This document shows positions 1 to 10,357 of a DNA stretch of 64,000 nucleotides, one piece after another; the first letter of the stretch is position 1; every line of letters starts with the position of its first letter. The position numbers and the translations under genes were made by a program. The stretch lies in assembly GCA_947166925.1 (NCBI GenBank), contig CAMVGD010000004.1:3793-67792 (forward strand), written 5' to 3'. The notes beneath the pieces were generated by a model. That model did not search any database and was not told the origin of the DNA. It saw nothing but the letters and a program-made list of their open reading frames with translations. Origin of the DNA: an uncultured Clostridia bacterium. Lineage in GTDB: Bacteria > Bacillota > Clostridia > Christensenellales > CAG-138.

Positions 1-590
1 CGTATGATAAATTCCGTCAGGGAGACTGGCAGAGCGCGGTCTTCGATCAGATCTCATGGGTACTGATTACGCTCGGACTGGTCGTAGGATTCTTCCCCGC
101 TATAGCGAATATGGCCGGATTCACGATCCCCCTGCCGAAATCCGTCACCATGCCCGCTTTGATCGCGGCAGGCGTCGGCGCGCTGCTCGTCGTTCTGTTC
201 AAGGGACGTGGGAAACGCAACCCGCTGAAACGGCTGACAAGTGGGCTCGGCGGATTGTACGACGTCACGAGCGTTCTGGCCGATATCCTGTCCTATGCGC
301 GTCTGTTCGCGCTCGGCATTGCGACCGGCGTCATCGGGCAGGTGTTCAATATGCTCTGCAGCATGCTTGCCGGCGCTTCAAATCCCGTCATGAAGGTCAT
401 CGGCGCGATCGGCAGCATCATATTGCTCGTCCTGCTGCACACGTTCAACGTCGCGATCAACGCGCTCGGCGCGTTCGTGCACTGCGCGAGACTGCAGTAC
501 GTCGAGTTCTACGGAAAGTTCTACGAATCCGGCGGAAAGGAATTCCGACCGCTTTCCTATAACACAAAACACGTTCAGGTAACCAAATAA
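1..590 (+). CDS. ntpI: V-type ATPase subunit I, C-terminal part (gene runs off the 5' window edge)
   Basis: Frame 3 is open from nt 3. The translation (SYARLFALGIATGVIG ... HTFNVAINALGAFVHCARLQYVEFYGKFY) matches the conserved C-terminal membrane helices of subunit I/a. It is the first gene of an I-K-E-C-F-A-B-D cluster. Confidence 0.85.
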   Translation, partial: YDKFRQGDWQSAVFDQISWVLITLGLVVGFFPAIANMAGFTIPLPKSVTMPALIAAGVGALLVVLFKGRGKRNPLKRLTSGLGGLYDVTSVLADILSYARLFALGIATGVIGQVFNMLCSMLAGASNPVMKVIGAIGSIILLVLLHTFNVAINALGAFVHCARLQYVEFYGKFYESGGKEFRPLSYNTKHVQVTK

Positions 591-621
591 AATCTATTAA
601 GGTAAAGGAGAAACAAACAAC

Positions 622-1104
622 ATGAATTGGGGTGCAATCTGGGCCACCGCTGGTGCGGTCATTGCAGCATTGATGGCAGGTATCGGTTCCGCGATCGGCG
701 TCGGGATCACAGGTCAGGCGTCTGCGGGCGTCGTTTCGGAGAATCCGGATCTTTCCGGTAAGTGCTTGCTTTTGCAGCTTCTTCCCGGTACGCAGGGCAT
801 TTACGGCCTTCTGATCGCCATCGTTATCATGAGCAATTCCGGTCTGATGGGCGATGCGGCGAAGCTTGCGGCTCTTGAGGCAAACACCGCGCTCGGGATC
901 CGTTTCTTCCTGGCAAGTCTTCCCATTGCATTCGGCGGTCTGATCTCCGCGATCTATCAGGGTAGAGTCGCCGTCGCAGGCATCAACATGGTCGCAAAGA
1001 AGCCCACCGAAAGCGGTAAGGGCATGGTCATGGCGATCATGGTCGAGACTTATGCCGTTCTGTCCCTGCTCATCTCCTTCCTGCTTGTCTTCGGCATCAT
1101 GTAA
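622..1104 (+). CDS. ntpK: V-type ATPase proteolipid subunit K (double-hairpin c subunit)
   Basis: 160 aa with 4 predicted TM segments. LLQLLPGTQGIYG, SLPIAFGGLISAIYQGRVAVAG and MVETYAVLSLLISFLLV closely resemble Enterococcus hirae NtpK. SD AAGGAG lies upstream. Confidence 0.9.
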   Translation: MNWGAIWATAGAVIAALMAGIGSAIGVGITGQASAGVVSENPDLSGKCLLLQLLPGTQGIYGLLIAIVIMSNSGLMGDAAKLAALEANTALGIRFFLASLPIAFGGLISAIYQGRVAVAGINMVAKKPTESGKGMVMAIMVETYAVLSLLISFLLVFGIM

Positions 1105-1119
1105 GAAACGAGGCACGGT

Positions 1120-1692
1120 ATGGGAAACGAGAGTGCAGCAAACCTTATCGACAGGATCCTGGCGGACGCTAAGGAAGCGGCCGACCGGATCCTTGCCGAC
1201 GCGGAAACATCCGCAAGCGGCATCCGTCAATCCCGGGACGCAGAGATCGCAAAGAAAGCCGAACAGACCGAAAGGGAACGCAAGCAGCAGATCGGCGTCA
1301 TCCTGAACGGCTGCCGTACGCGCGCCGAACTGGACGGACGCAAGGAAACGCTCCGCGCAAAGCGTGTGCTTCTGGACGGTGTGTTTTCCGAGGCGTACAA
1401 CAGAATGCTCGCGCTGCCGAATGAGAAGCGTGAAGCGCTGTTCCGTTCGATCCTTCAGAAGGAAGCGAACGAGAACGATGTCGTTGCGCCTGCAAAGGTG
1501 GACCGCGAAGTGCTGAAAAGAACGATTTCCGGTCTGCCGTTTTCCGTGAAGCTTGCCGAAAAGGACGCGGACGCGGAAGCGGGATTCATTCTGTACGGCG
1601 ACGGGTACGAGAAGGACTGTTCGATGAAGGCGATCTTAAGGGAGCTTCGCGACGCTGAGGAAACGAATGTCGCAAAGATCCTATTTCGGTAA
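1120..1692 (+). CDS. ntpE: V-type ATPase subunit E
   Basis: 190 aa with a charged coiled-coil N-terminus (ILADAKEAADRILADAE) followed by a globular C-terminus. Its position between K and C is as in ntp operons. Confidence 0.8.
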   Translation: MGNESAANLIDRILADAKEAADRILADAETSASGIRQSRDAEIAKKAEQTERERKQQIGVILNGCRTRAELDGRKETLRAKRVLLDGVFSEAYNRMLALPNEKREALFRSILQKEANENDVVAPAKVDREVLKRTISGLPFSVKLAEKDADAEAGFILYGDGYEKDCSMKAILRELRDAEETNVAKILFR

Positions 1693-1706
1693 GAGAGGAG
1701 AACGCT

Positions 1707-2696
1707 ATGCCGCAACCGAGTTACGCATACGCATGTGCGAGACTGTCCGCGCTGAACAAGCGGCTCATTGAGCCGCAGACGATCCAGCGCATGCTGGACG
1801 GTTCCGTTTCGGATGCGATGCGCACGTTGTCCGACATTCGCTACGGGAGTCTTTCCGACGCGACGGAAGCGGACGTCGAGCGGATGATCGAACGGGAGAT
1901 GACCGAAGCGATGCAGGAGGTCAGAGAGCTTTCTCCGAATCCTGCGATCACGGATCTGTTCCTGCTTCGCGCGGACGTGCAGAACCTCAAGGTGCTGATT
2001 AAAGCGCGTCTGCTGAATCAGACCGACGTTGCGTTCACACCGGGCGGGCTCTATGATCGGGAAACGCTGACCGCTTACGTCAAGGATAAGCAATACGATG
2101 CGCTGCCGCCGATCCTTCGCGACGCGCTGAACAAGCTTGAAAAGCGTCTGGAGATGCGCGTCGAACCGCGGATGATCTCGATCGCGCTTGACCGCGCATA
2201 CCTTGCGCATGCGTTGAAGCAATCGGAGAAACATCCGGTCTTTTCGCACTATTTCCGGTCCATGGCGGACTTTGACAACGTACAGACGTTTCTTCGCCTC
2301 CGTGCGATGGGCGCGTCGATCGAAACGCTGGACGAGGTCATTCTGCCCGAGGGCGGCGTCAAATACAGCGACCTGTACAGCGCATACGAGCTTTCGTTCG
2401 ATTCGCTGAACAAGGTCCTCGGAGGAAGCGTCTGTCAGGAAGCGCTGCTTTCCGGGCTGAACGCCATGCTGCGTTCCGGCAGCATCTCCGAAATAGAGAA
2501 GGCGCGGGACAATTATCTGGTCTCGCTGCTCTCGGCACACAAATACGAAAGCGAAACGATCTATCCGATCATAGGCTACTATCTTGCGAAGGAGCGCGAG
2601 GGCAGAGCCGTACGCTTGATCATTACGGGCAAGCGCAACGGCATTTCCGACAGCGTGATCCGTGAAAGGCTGGTGAAACTGTATGGCGAACGGTAA
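1707..2696 (+). CDS. ntpC: V-type ATPase subunit C (d-type)
   Basis: 329 aa helical protein in the operon position between E and F. The YAYACARLSALNKRL start is typical of the subunit C/d family. Confidence 0.8.
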   Translation: MPQPSYAYACARLSALNKRLIEPQTIQRMLDGSVSDAMRTLSDIRYGSLSDATEADVERMIEREMTEAMQEVRELSPNPAITDLFLLRADVQNLKVLIKARLLNQTDVAFTPGGLYDRETLTAYVKDKQYDALPPILRDALNKLEKRLEMRVEPRMISIALDRAYLAHALKQSEKHPVFSHYFRSMADFDNVQTFLRLRAMGASIETLDEVILPEGGVKYSDLYSAYELSFDSLNKVLGGSVCQEALLSGLNAMLRSGSISEIEKARDNYLVSLLSAHKYESETIYPIIGYYLAKEREGRAVRLIITGKRNGISDSVIRERLVKLYGER

Positions 2697-3006
2697 GTGC
2701 GCAGTCATCGGCGATCGCGATTCCGTCCTGCTGTTCAAAGCGGTCGGTATAGAGGTCTATGACGTGACGGACGGCGAACAGGCGAACAGGACCCTGCACC
2801 GGCTGGCAAGGACCGGATATGCGGTCGTTTATGTGACGGAAACATATTATCCCGCTTGTGACGAAACGATCCGTGAGTTTCAGGGCGAGCCGTATCCTGC
2901 GATCATTCCGATTCCGGACGCATCCGGAACGCAGGGGATCGGTATGCGGGCGATCAGGGAGAACGTCGAAAAGGCGGTCGGTCTGGATATTTTGAGCAAT
3001 TCATAA
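2683..3006 (+). CDS. ntpG: V-type ATPase subunit F
   Basis: 107 aa. [22 protein letters not shown] is the typical F-subunit N-terminus. Overlaps the end of subunit C by 14 nt. Confidence 0.85.
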   Translation: MANGKCAVIGDRDSVLLFKAVGIEVYDVTDGEQANRTLHRLARTGYAVVYVTETYYPACDETIREFQGEPYPAIIPIPDASGTQGIGMRAIRENVEKAVGLDILSNS

Positions 3007-3019
3007 CAGGAGAAAGAGT

Positions 3020-4783
3020 ATGCAAGGTACTATCGTAAAGGTTTCGGGGCCGTTGATCGTTGCAAGCGGCATGGGCGACGTACAGATGTTCGACGTCGTA
3101 CGTGTTTCCGATAAGCATCTGATCGGCGAAGTCATCGAATTGCGCGAGGATAAGGCGTCCATTCAGGTTTATGAGGAGACCGGCGGCATCGGTCCCGGCG
3201 AACCGGTCTATTCGACCGGCGCGCCGCTTTCGGTCGAGCTTGCCCCGGGTCTCATCGAATCCATCTACGACGGTATTCAGCGTCCGCTGAACAAGATCCG
3301 CGAGAAGGCGGGAGACCGCATCACGCGCGGCATTACCGTCGATTCGCTGGATCACGAGAAGCTCTGGCACTTTGTGCCGGCGGTAAAGGTCGGCGACGAG
3401 GTCACGGGTGGCGACGTGCTCGGCACCGTGCAGGAGACGGAAGCCGTCCTCCATAAGATCATGGTCCCGCCGAAAGTTTCCGGTAAGGTGACGTGGATCT
3501 TCGAGGGCGACGCGAATATCGTTACGCCGATCGCGAAGCTCGAGAAGGACGGGAAAGAGATCGAGCTGCCGATGCTCCAGAAATGGCCGGTCCGCAAGGG
3601 AAGACCGTACGCGGAAAAGCTTGCGCCGAATGAGCCGATGGTCACCGGTCAGCGCGTCATCGATACGCTGTTCCCGGTCGCGAAGGGCGGCGTCGCGGCG
3701 GTTCCCGGTCCGTTCGGCAGCGGCAAGACGGTCGTGCAGCATCAGCTTGCAAAGTGGGCGGATGCGGACATCATCGTCTATGTCGGCTGCGGCGAGCGCG
3801 GCAATGAGATGACCGACGTTCTGATGGAGTTCCCGGAGCTCAAGGACCCGCGCACGGGGCTGTCACTGATGAAGCGTACCGTGCTGATCGCGAACACGTC
3901 GGACATGCCGGTCGCGGCGCGTGAGGCGTCCATCTATACGGGCATTACGATTGCGGAGTATTTCCGCGATATGGGCTATAAGGTCGCGATCATGGCGGAC
4001 TCGACAAGCCGCTGGGCGGAGGCGCTCCGTGAAATGTCCGGCCGTCTCGAGGAGATGCCCGGTGAAGAAGGTTATCCGGCGTATCTTTCCTCCCGCCTTG
4101 CGGAGTTCTATGAGCGGGCGGGCAGCGTCAGAACGCTCGGCAGCGAAGGAAGACTCGGCGCGGTCACGGCGATCGGTGCGGTTTCCCCGCCGGGCGGCGA
4201 TATTTCCGAACCGGTTTCGCAGGCAACGCTGCGCATCGTCAAGGTCTATTGGGGACTTTCCTCCAAGCTTGCGTACGCGCGTCACTTCCCGGCGATCGAC
4301 TGGCTGCAGTCGTATTCGCTGTATCAGGATCGTCTGTCCCCGTGGTTCAACAATCAGGTCAATAATGAGTGGTCGAATCTCGTTTCGCGCACCATGCATC
4401 TTCTGCAGGTCGAGAGCGAGCTGGACGAGATCGTTCGTCTGGTCGGTATCGACGCGCTGTCCTTCAAGGATCGTCTGACGCTGGAAGCGGCGCGCAGCAT
4501 CCGTGAGGACTATCTGCACCAGAACGCGTTCCACGAGGTCGATACCTACACCTCGCCGAAGAAGCAGTTCATGATGCTCAAGGCGATCATGACCAACTAT
4601 GAGAAGAATCTCGAAGCGCTTGACAAGGACGCGTCGTTCCGTGCGCTGCTCGCTTTGCCGGTACGTGAACGCATCGGCAGATTGAAATACGTGCCCGAAG
4701 CGGAGGCGGAGGACGAGTACAACGCGATCATGAAGGATATGACCGAACAGATCACGGCGCTGACGGAAGGAGGACAGTTCTGA
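3020..4783 (+). CDS. ntpA: V-type ATPase catalytic subunit A
   Basis: 587 aa. Walker A is GPFGSGKTV, and GERGNEM and the non-homologous insert region are present. Confidence 0.95.
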   Translation: MQGTIVKVSGPLIVASGMGDVQMFDVVRVSDKHLIGEVIELREDKASIQVYEETGGIGPGEPVYSTGAPLSVELAPGLIESIYDGIQRPLNKIREKAGDRITRGITVDSLDHEKLWHFVPAVKVGDEVTGGDVLGTVQETEAVLHKIMVPPKVSGKVTWIFEGDANIVTPIAKLEKDGKEIELPMLQKWPVRKGRPYAEKLAPNEPMVTGQRVIDTLFPVAKGGVAAVPGPFGSGKTVVQHQLAKWADADIIVYVGCGERGNEMTDVLMEFPELKDPRTGLSLMKRTVLIANTSDMPVAAREASIYTGITIAEYFRDMGYKVAIMADSTSRWAEALREMSGRLEEMPGEEGYPAYLSSRLAEFYERAGSVRTLGSEGRLGAVTAIGAVSPPGGDISEPVSQATLRIVKVYWGLSSKLAYARHFPAIDWLQSYSLYQDRLSPWFNNQVNNEWSNLVSRTMHLLQVESELDEIVRLVGIDALSFKDRLTLEAARSIREDYLHQNAFHEVDTYTSPKKQFMMLKAIMTNYEKNLEALDKDASFRALLALPVRERIGRLKYVPEAEAEDEYNAIMKDMTEQITALTEGGQF

Positions 4784-6156
4784 TGCGTAAGGAATATCGA
4801 ACCATTTCCGAGGTCGTCGGACCGCTGATGCTGGTCAAGGATGTCGAAGGCGTCAAATACGACGAGCTGGTCGAGATCGAACAGGCGGACGGAACGATCC
4901 GCCGCGGCCGCGTTCTGGAGATCAACGGCGACAAAGCCATGGTGCAGCTGTTCGAGGGTTCCCAGGGACTCCGTATTTCCGACAGCAAGGCACGGTTCCT
5001 CGGTCATTCCATCGAGCTCGACGTCGCGCCCGATATGCTCGGCCGCGTCTTCGACGGCATGGGCAAGCCGAAGGACGGCGGTCCCGCGCTGATCGCGGAA
5101 AAGCATCTGGACATCAACGGCACGGCCATGAACCCCGCCGCGCGCGACTATCCGTCCGAGTTCATTCAGACGGGTATTTCCGCCATCGACGGTCTGAACA
5201 CGCTGGTCCGCGGCCAGAAGCTGCCGGTATTCTCCGGCAGCGGTCTTCCGCACGCAAACCTTGCGGCGCAGATCGCGCGTCAGGCAAAGGTGTTGGGCAG
5301 TGACGAAAAGTTTGCGGTCGTATTCGCCGCGGTCGGCATCACGTTTGAGGAAGCGGACTTCTTCATCAACGACTTCCGCGAGACCGGCGCGATCGAACGT
5401 ACGGTCACGTTCATCAACCTTGCGAACGACCCGGCGATCGAGCGTATTTCCACGCCGCGTATGGCGATCACCGCCGCCGAATACCTCGCGTATGATCTCG
5501 GCATGCAGGTGCTCGTCATCATCACGGACATCACAAACTACGCGGAAGCGCTGCGCGAAGTATCCGCCGCGCGTAAAGAGGTTCCCGGACGCCGCGGCTA
5601 TCCGGGCTATATGTACACCGACCTTGCGACGATGTACGAGCGCGCAGGTCGTATCCGCGGCAACAAGGGCTCGATCACGATGATCCCGATCCTGTCCATG
5701 CCGGAGGACGACGTCACGCACCCGATCCCGGACCTGACCGGATACATCACCGAGGGACAGATCATTCTGTCTCGTGAGCTGTACCGCAAGGGCCTGACCC
5801 CGCCGATCAACGTTCTGCCGTCGCTTTCGCGTTTGAAGGACAAGGGCATCGGCAAAGGCAAAACGCGCGAGGATCACGCCGACACGATGAACCAGCTGTT
5901 CTCGGCGTATTCGCGCGGCAAGGACGCAAAGGAGCTTGCGGTCATTCTGGGCGACGCCGCGCTGTCCGATACGGATAAGCTGTATGCAAAATTCGCCGAC
6001 GAGTTTGAGACGCGCTACGTTTCACAGGGATATTACACGAACCGCTCGATCGAAGAAACACTGAACCTCGGCTGGGAGCTTCTGCGCATTCTGCCGAAGT
6101 CCGAGCTCAAGCGTATCAAGGACGTCTATATCGAAAAATACTACGAGGAGGCGTAA
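4783..6156 (+). CDS. ntpB: V-type ATPase subunit B
   Basis: 457 aa. [19 protein letters not shown] and [14 protein letters not shown] motifs. TGATG overlap with subunit A. Confidence 0.95.
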   Translation: MRKEYRTISEVVGPLMLVKDVEGVKYDELVEIEQADGTIRRGRVLEINGDKAMVQLFEGSQGLRISDSKARFLGHSIELDVAPDMLGRVFDGMGKPKDGGPALIAEKHLDINGTAMNPAARDYPSEFIQTGISAIDGLNTLVRGQKLPVFSGSGLPHANLAAQIARQAKVLGSDEKFAVVFAAVGITFEEADFFINDFRETGAIERTVTFINLANDPAIERISTPRMAITAAEYLAYDLGMQVLVIITDITNYAEALREVSAARKEVPGRRGYPGYMYTDLATMYERAGRIRGNKGSITMIPILSMPEDDVTHPIPDLTGYITEGQIILSRELYRKGLTPPINVLPSLSRLKDKGIGKGKTREDHADTMNQLFSAYSRGKDAKELAVILGDAALSDTDKLYAKFADEFETRYVSQGYYTNRSIEETLNLGWELLRILPKSELKRIKDVYIEKYYEEA

Positions 6157-6159
6157 GCC

Positions 6160-6786
6160 GTGGCTCTGCAGTATAAGCCCACGCGGATGGAGCTATCGAA
6201 CCTCAAGAAACGCAGGACGGTCGCCATTCGCGGACACAAAATGATGAAGGATAAGCGCGACGAGCTTGTACGCCGCTTCATCGGTCTTGCACGCAAAAAC
6301 AAAGCGCTGCGTCTGGAAATGGAAAAGAAGCTCGGCGAAGCCATGCAGGGCTTTGTCCTTGCCCGCGCCATGATGAGCGGAACCGAGATCGAGGAAGCGC
6401 TGATGTATCCGGCGCGCGCGATCAGCGTGGATATGCGCAAGCAGAACATTCTGTCCATTCCCGTGCCGAAGCTTACGCTCGATACACAGGACGGATTCGT
6501 TTATCCGTACGGCTTTGCGACGACCGGCGCCGATCTCGACGGCGCGGTACAGGCGCTTGCGGAGATCCTTCCGCTGATGCTGGAGCTTGCCGAGGTGGAA
6601 AAGGCGACGAGCAGACTGGCAGACGAGATCGAAAAGACCCGACGCCGCGTCAATGCACTCGAATACGTCATGATCCCGCAGTTCGACGCCGCGATCCACG
6701 ACATCCAGATGAAGCTTGAGGAGAACGAGCGCGGAAATACCTCGCGGCTGATGAAGACCAAGGAGATGCTTGCAAAGGAAGCATGA
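6160..6786 (+). CDS. ntpD: V-type ATPase subunit D
   Basis: 208 aa with a GTG start after GAGGAGG. PTRMELSNLKKR and long coiled-coil helices are typical of subunit D. Confidence 0.9.
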   Translation: MALQYKPTRMELSNLKKRRTVAIRGHKMMKDKRDELVRRFIGLARKNKALRLEMEKKLGEAMQGFVLARAMMSGTEIEEALMYPARAISVDMRKQNILSIPVPKLTLDTQDGFVYPYGFATTGADLDGAVQALAEILPLMLELAEVEKATSRLADEIEKTRRRVNALEYVMIPQFDAAIHDIQMKLEENERGNTSRLMKTKEMLAKEA

Positions 6787-7703
6787 CGGACGTTTTTGCC
6801 CTTCTCAGAAACGCGGGCTTTGCGGAAGGCTTCGTGCTTCCCATAACCCCCTATACGAACTGGACACGCCATCGACAAGATGGCGTGTTTCATCCGAACA
6901 CGGCGCCGCTTGTCGACGATCCCCGCGAAAGCTATCCGTGGGCAAACGCGCTTCTGATCTGCGTTTATCCGTATACGCCGTATGACGACGAATCTCTTGT
7001 CGCGTCGTATTATCCGGCAAGCAATCGCGCATACCACGCAATGAAGCGGCTGCTTGCGGCGCTGAACGAAAACGGGATCCGGGCGGAACGTGCGGAGACG
7101 CCGTACAGGGAGCAGCTTGCTTCCCGCGGGATCGGTTCGCGTATGGACAATCAGCTGCTGTTTCTCGAACCGTACGGCACCTATTTCAATCTGCAGGGCG
7201 CTGTGCTTGCGCTTCCGGAACCGGTCGCGTATGAACCGGAACGTGAACCGAAAGAGATCTGCGATCATTGCGGTCTGTGCAAAGCAGTCTGTTTCGGCGC
7301 GATCAAGGGGAATTATGCGTTCGACTGGACGCGCTGCGTTCATACATATCTTGAGGGCGATACGATCCCGCAGGACGCCATGGAATGGCTGCCGTCGCTG
7401 CTGGGATGCATGCGCTGTCAGACGGTCTGCCCGAAGAATCCGAAGGAGACGGTCCCGATCCCGGAGGAGATCAAAAGCACGCTCGATCCCTTTGCGATCC
7501 TCAAAGGAAACCGGAGGGAAGCGGAACCGCTGATCGGCAAAAATCTTGCGGCGCCGAAGCGGCTTTTAAGGCAGGCGATCGTGCTTGCCGCAAACCGGAA
7601 AAGAACCGATGCGCTGCCTTACCTGCTCAAACTCAGGGAAACCTTCGGCGACCGGTTCGGACCGGAGCTCGATTACGCAATTTCCCTCTTGCAAAAAGAA
7701 TAA
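6783..7703 (+). CDS. QueG-like 4Fe-4S protein (epoxyqueuosine reductase family, tentative)
   Basis: 306 aa with two Cys clusters (CDHCGLCKAVC and CMRCQTVCPKNP) and a helical-repeat C-terminus. ATGA overlap with ntpD. Confidence 0.5.
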   Translation: MTDVFALLRNAGFAEGFVLPITPYTNWTRHRQDGVFHPNTAPLVDDPRESYPWANALLICVYPYTPYDDESLVASYYPASNRAYHAMKRLLAALNENGIRAERAETPYREQLASRGIGSRMDNQLLFLEPYGTYFNLQGAVLALPEPVAYEPEREPKEICDHCGLCKAVCFGAIKGNYAFDWTRCVHTYLEGDTIPQDAMEWLPSLLGCMRCQTVCPKNPKETVPIPEEIKSTLDPFAILKGNRREAEPLIGKNLAAPKRLLRQAIVLAANRKRTDALPYLLKLRETFGDRFGPELDYAISLLQKE

Positions 7704-7721
7704 GATGCGGTTATAATAAGC

Positions 7722-7989
7722 AATGCACTAAGCGGGGAGTTAGCGGTGCCCTGTACTCGCAATCCGCTACAGCGAGGCCGAATCCCCGTCCCGAGGCCAA
7801 TTGTTGTGAGGTCGGTCTCAATACGGAACGTTGATGCGCGGGTCCCGTGCAATCGCACGCCGTGAACCGTGTCAGGTCCTGACGGAAGCAGCACTAAGCG
7901 GAATGTACGATGTGCCGCGGGGTCACCTGCGCGGAGTCACCGGTTGAGGGTCCACTCGGAGCAAGCGGTCGAAGGACGGGTGTGCAAGT
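7722..7989 (+). ncRNA. ffs: Signal recognition particle RNA, long Bacillus-type (with Alu domain)
   Basis: The 5' CACTAAGCGGGGAGTTAGCGGTGCCCTGTACTCGCAATCCGCT is near-identical to the B. subtilis scRNA Alu domain. The S-domain motif GTGTCAGGTCCTGACGGAAGCAGCACTAAG is present. TTATAAT lies at 7711-7717, just upstream. Ends are approximate (+/-5 nt). Confidence 0.85.
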
Positions 7990-8051
7990 TTTAAAAAACG
8001 GAAAACCGGGCACATCGCTCGGTTTTTTCTGTACAATAGCAAGGGGGCAGT

Positions 8052-8714
8052 ATGGAAGATTTCTCGGTATTTGACATCATCGGTCCGCGCATGACGGGAC
8101 CGTCGTCAAGCCATACGGCGGGCGCGGTACGCATTGCCTACATTGCAAGGAGACTGATCGGGGCGGAGATCAGCCGCGTGCATTTTACGCTGTACGGCTC
8201 GTTTGCGGAGACCGGACGCGGTCACGGCACGGATAAGGCGCTGATCGGCGGCATTCTGGGCTTTACGCCGGACGACGAGCGCATCCGGCGCGCGTATGAG
8301 ATCGCAAAGGAACAGGGCATGCTTGTCGATTTCACGTATTCCGAAGATCCTGTTGAGCATCCGAACACGGTAAAAATCGAGCTTGTCGACGTCAACGACC
8401 GCAAGATGGAGGTCGTGGGGCGCTCGGTCGGCGGCGGGAACATCCTGATCACCGAGATCAACGAGCAGGGGGTCGAGCTGTCCGGCGAGTATCCGACGCT
8501 GATCGTGAGCCACCGGGATGAACCGGGCGTCATTGCCATCGTATCGCAGGTGCTTGCGCAGCTCAAGGTCAATATCGCCTTCATGCGCGTTTTCCGGCAC
8601 GGACGCGGCAGAGACGCCTACATGTGCATCGAAACCGACACGCCCGTCACCAGGGAGATGCAGAGCATCATACGGCAGCTTTGTCCGGGCATCACCGAGA
8701 TTTTTGCCGTTTAA
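8052..8714 (+). CDS. sdaAB: L-serine dehydratase, iron-sulfur dependent, beta subunit
   Basis: 220 aa. N-terminus SVFDIIGPRMTGPSSSHTAGAVRIA, with a C-terminal ACT-like domain. Confidence 0.9.
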   Translation: MEDFSVFDIIGPRMTGPSSSHTAGAVRIAYIARRLIGAEISRVHFTLYGSFAETGRGHGTDKALIGGILGFTPDDERIRRAYEIAKEQGMLVDFTYSEDPVEHPNTVKIELVDVNDRKMEVVGRSVGGGNILITEINEQGVELSGEYPTLIVSHRDEPGVIAIVSQVLAQLKVNIAFMRVFRHGRGRDAYMCIETDTPVTREMQSIIRQLCPGITEIFAV

Positions 8715-8726
8715 GGGGGTAAGCTT

Positions 8727-9632
8727 ATGCAGTTGATCGATGCTTTTAAGAACGGCGCGGCGCTTTGCGAATACTGTAATGCTGCGGACTGTACGATCGC
8801 GGAAGCAATGATCCGCCGTGAAGTCTCCCGCGGGGAAATGATGCGCGACGCGATCCTGAAGGAAATGCAGGAAAACCTGAACGTGATGCGGGAATCCGTA
8901 CGGGTTGGGCTGGAGGAGCATGTGGAGACCGTTTCACATCTGTCCGGCGGCGAAGCGATGCGGTTGTTCCGATATGCGAAGTACGATCCGTTTTCCGGAG
9001 GCAACACCTGCCGCGCGGCGGCAAGCGCGATGGCGGTCTGTGAGGTCAATTCCTCGATGGGACGCATCGTCGCAGCGCCGACCGCGGGGGCAAGCGGCAT
9101 CCTTCCGGGCGTTTTGATTGAATGCGGCATGGAACGCGGCTGGACCGATGAACAGCTTGTACAGGGGCTGTTTACCGCCGGCGCCGTCGGTCTGCTGTTT
9201 GCGCAAAACGCGACGATCTCCGGCGCGGACGGCGGCTGTCAGGCGGAAACCGGCGTCGCGAGCGCAATGGCGGCGGCAGCGATCGTCGAGCTTTCCGGCG
9301 GTACGCCGGAGCAGGCTCTGGACGCCGCGGCGATGACGATCAAGAACATCATGGGACTCGTCTGCGATCCGGTCGCGGGACTGGTCGAGTGCCCCTGCAT
9401 CAAGCGGAACGCGCCCGGCGCAGCCAATGCGCTTTTGTGCGCGGATATGGTGCTTTGCGGCATCACAAGCCTGATCCCGTTCGACGAGGTCGTATCCGCC
9501 ATGCTGCAGGTAGGCCGCGATATCCGCAAGGAATACCGCGAAACGGCAAAGGGCGGGCTTGCGGCCACGCCGACCGGCAAGGCCGTCGCCGAGAAAGTCA
9601 AACGCTTTCAGGCATATTCCGGCGAGTATTGA
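8727..9632 (+). CDS. sdaAA: L-serine dehydratase, iron-sulfur dependent, alpha subunit
   Basis: 301 aa. AAPTAGASGILPG, GGCQAETGVASAMAA and LVCDPVAGLVECPCIKRNA motifs. Confidence 0.9.
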   Translation: MQLIDAFKNGAALCEYCNAADCTIAEAMIRREVSRGEMMRDAILKEMQENLNVMRESVRVGLEEHVETVSHLSGGEAMRLFRYAKYDPFSGGNTCRAAASAMAVCEVNSSMGRIVAAPTAGASGILPGVLIECGMERGWTDEQLVQGLFTAGAVGLLFAQNATISGADGGCQAETGVASAMAAAAIVELSGGTPEQALDAAAMTIKNIMGLVCDPVAGLVECPCIKRNAPGAANALLCADMVLCGITSLIPFDEVVSAMLQVGRDIRKEYRETAKGGLAATPTGKAVAEKVKRFQAYSGEY

Positions 9633-9645
9633 CACTATCAAAACA

Positions 9646-9685
9646 AACAGCACGCGGATGCGCTCCGCGTGCTGTTTTCTTTTTG
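9646..9685. terminator. Bidirectional rho-independent terminator between sdaAA and the tmk-like gene
   Basis: Perfect hairpin ACAGCACGCGGA/TCCGCGTGCTGT, flanked by an A-run upstream and TTTTCTTTTT downstream. Confidence 0.65.
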
Positions 9686-9688
9686 AGC

Positions 9689-10357
9689 TCAGAAGCCGAG
9701 CGTCGGAAGAACGACCGCTTCGATACGCTTTGCGATCTCGTCGATCGGAAGCAGCATGCCGTTTTCCGTGCAGAGGATCAGCTCTACGTTCGGAATGCGC
9801 TGCGCGTATTCGGCGTATTTTTTGCGTGCGCGGACCTGAATGGAGTCGATGCTTTCGTACACGTCGCGTGCATTGCCGATATAGTCCCGAAAGCCCTTCT
9901 TATCCACGTTCTCCGCGGCGCTTTCTGTGTCCATGTCGAGGACCAGATGCAGATCCGGGACGGGGATCCCGAAATGCTTGTGCTCGAGCTCGAGACAGAA
10001 ATCGAGGATATCCGGTTTGTCAAGGTCGATGTCGCGGATGCTCTGGTAGACCGCGTTACTGAGCACATAGCGGTTGATGAGCAGCACGTCCGCATCGGAA
10101 TAATCGAGGCTTTTGAACGCTTCGAAACGGTCCAGCGCGAACCACAGCGCCATGCTCTTGCCGTCCACGGTGTTTGCGGCGATCCCGTCCTTTGCAGACA
10201 GATACCGTCCGATCATTTCCCCGAAAAAGGTGTCGTACATGGGGAAGGAGATCTCTTTGACGCGCAGCCCACGGTTCTTCAGCGTTTCGGACAGACGCGC
10301 CATCTGTACGCTTTTGCCGGTACCGTCGATGCCTTCGAATGCAATGATCTTCGTCAT
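9689..10357 (-). CDS. tmk: Thymidylate kinase family protein
   Basis: 222 aa. P-loop FEGIDGTGKS and a dTMP-kinase-like fold signature (LINRYVLSN). ATGA overlap with dapL. Confidence 0.65.
   Translation of the reverse strand: MTKIIAFEGIDGTGKSVQMARLSETLKNRGLRVKEISFPMYDTFFGEMIGRYLSAKDGIAANTVDGKSMALWFALDRFEAFKSLDYSDADVLLINRYVLSNAVYQSIRDIDLDKPDILDFCLELEHKHFGIPVPDLHLVLDMDTESAAENVDKKGFRDYIGNARDVYESIDSIQVRARKKYAEYAQRIPNVELILCTENGMLLPIDEIAKRIEAVVLPTLGF

Noticed and set aside
1455-2738. Long antisense or out-of-frame ORFs throughout the track. Examples: 457-1230(-), 1455-2738(-), 4597-5877(-), 10477-11721(+), 16045-17127(-), 32449-33948(-), 41552-42319(-), 45583-46644(-), 48819-50135(+), 55843-57360(+), 60905-62179(-), 62227-63273(-).
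   Set aside because: Each lies opposite to, or out of frame with, a gene that has clear family motifs. Their translations are Arg/His/Asp-rich and low in complexity, as expected from stop-poor shadow frames in ~60% GC DNA. None has a convincing SD.
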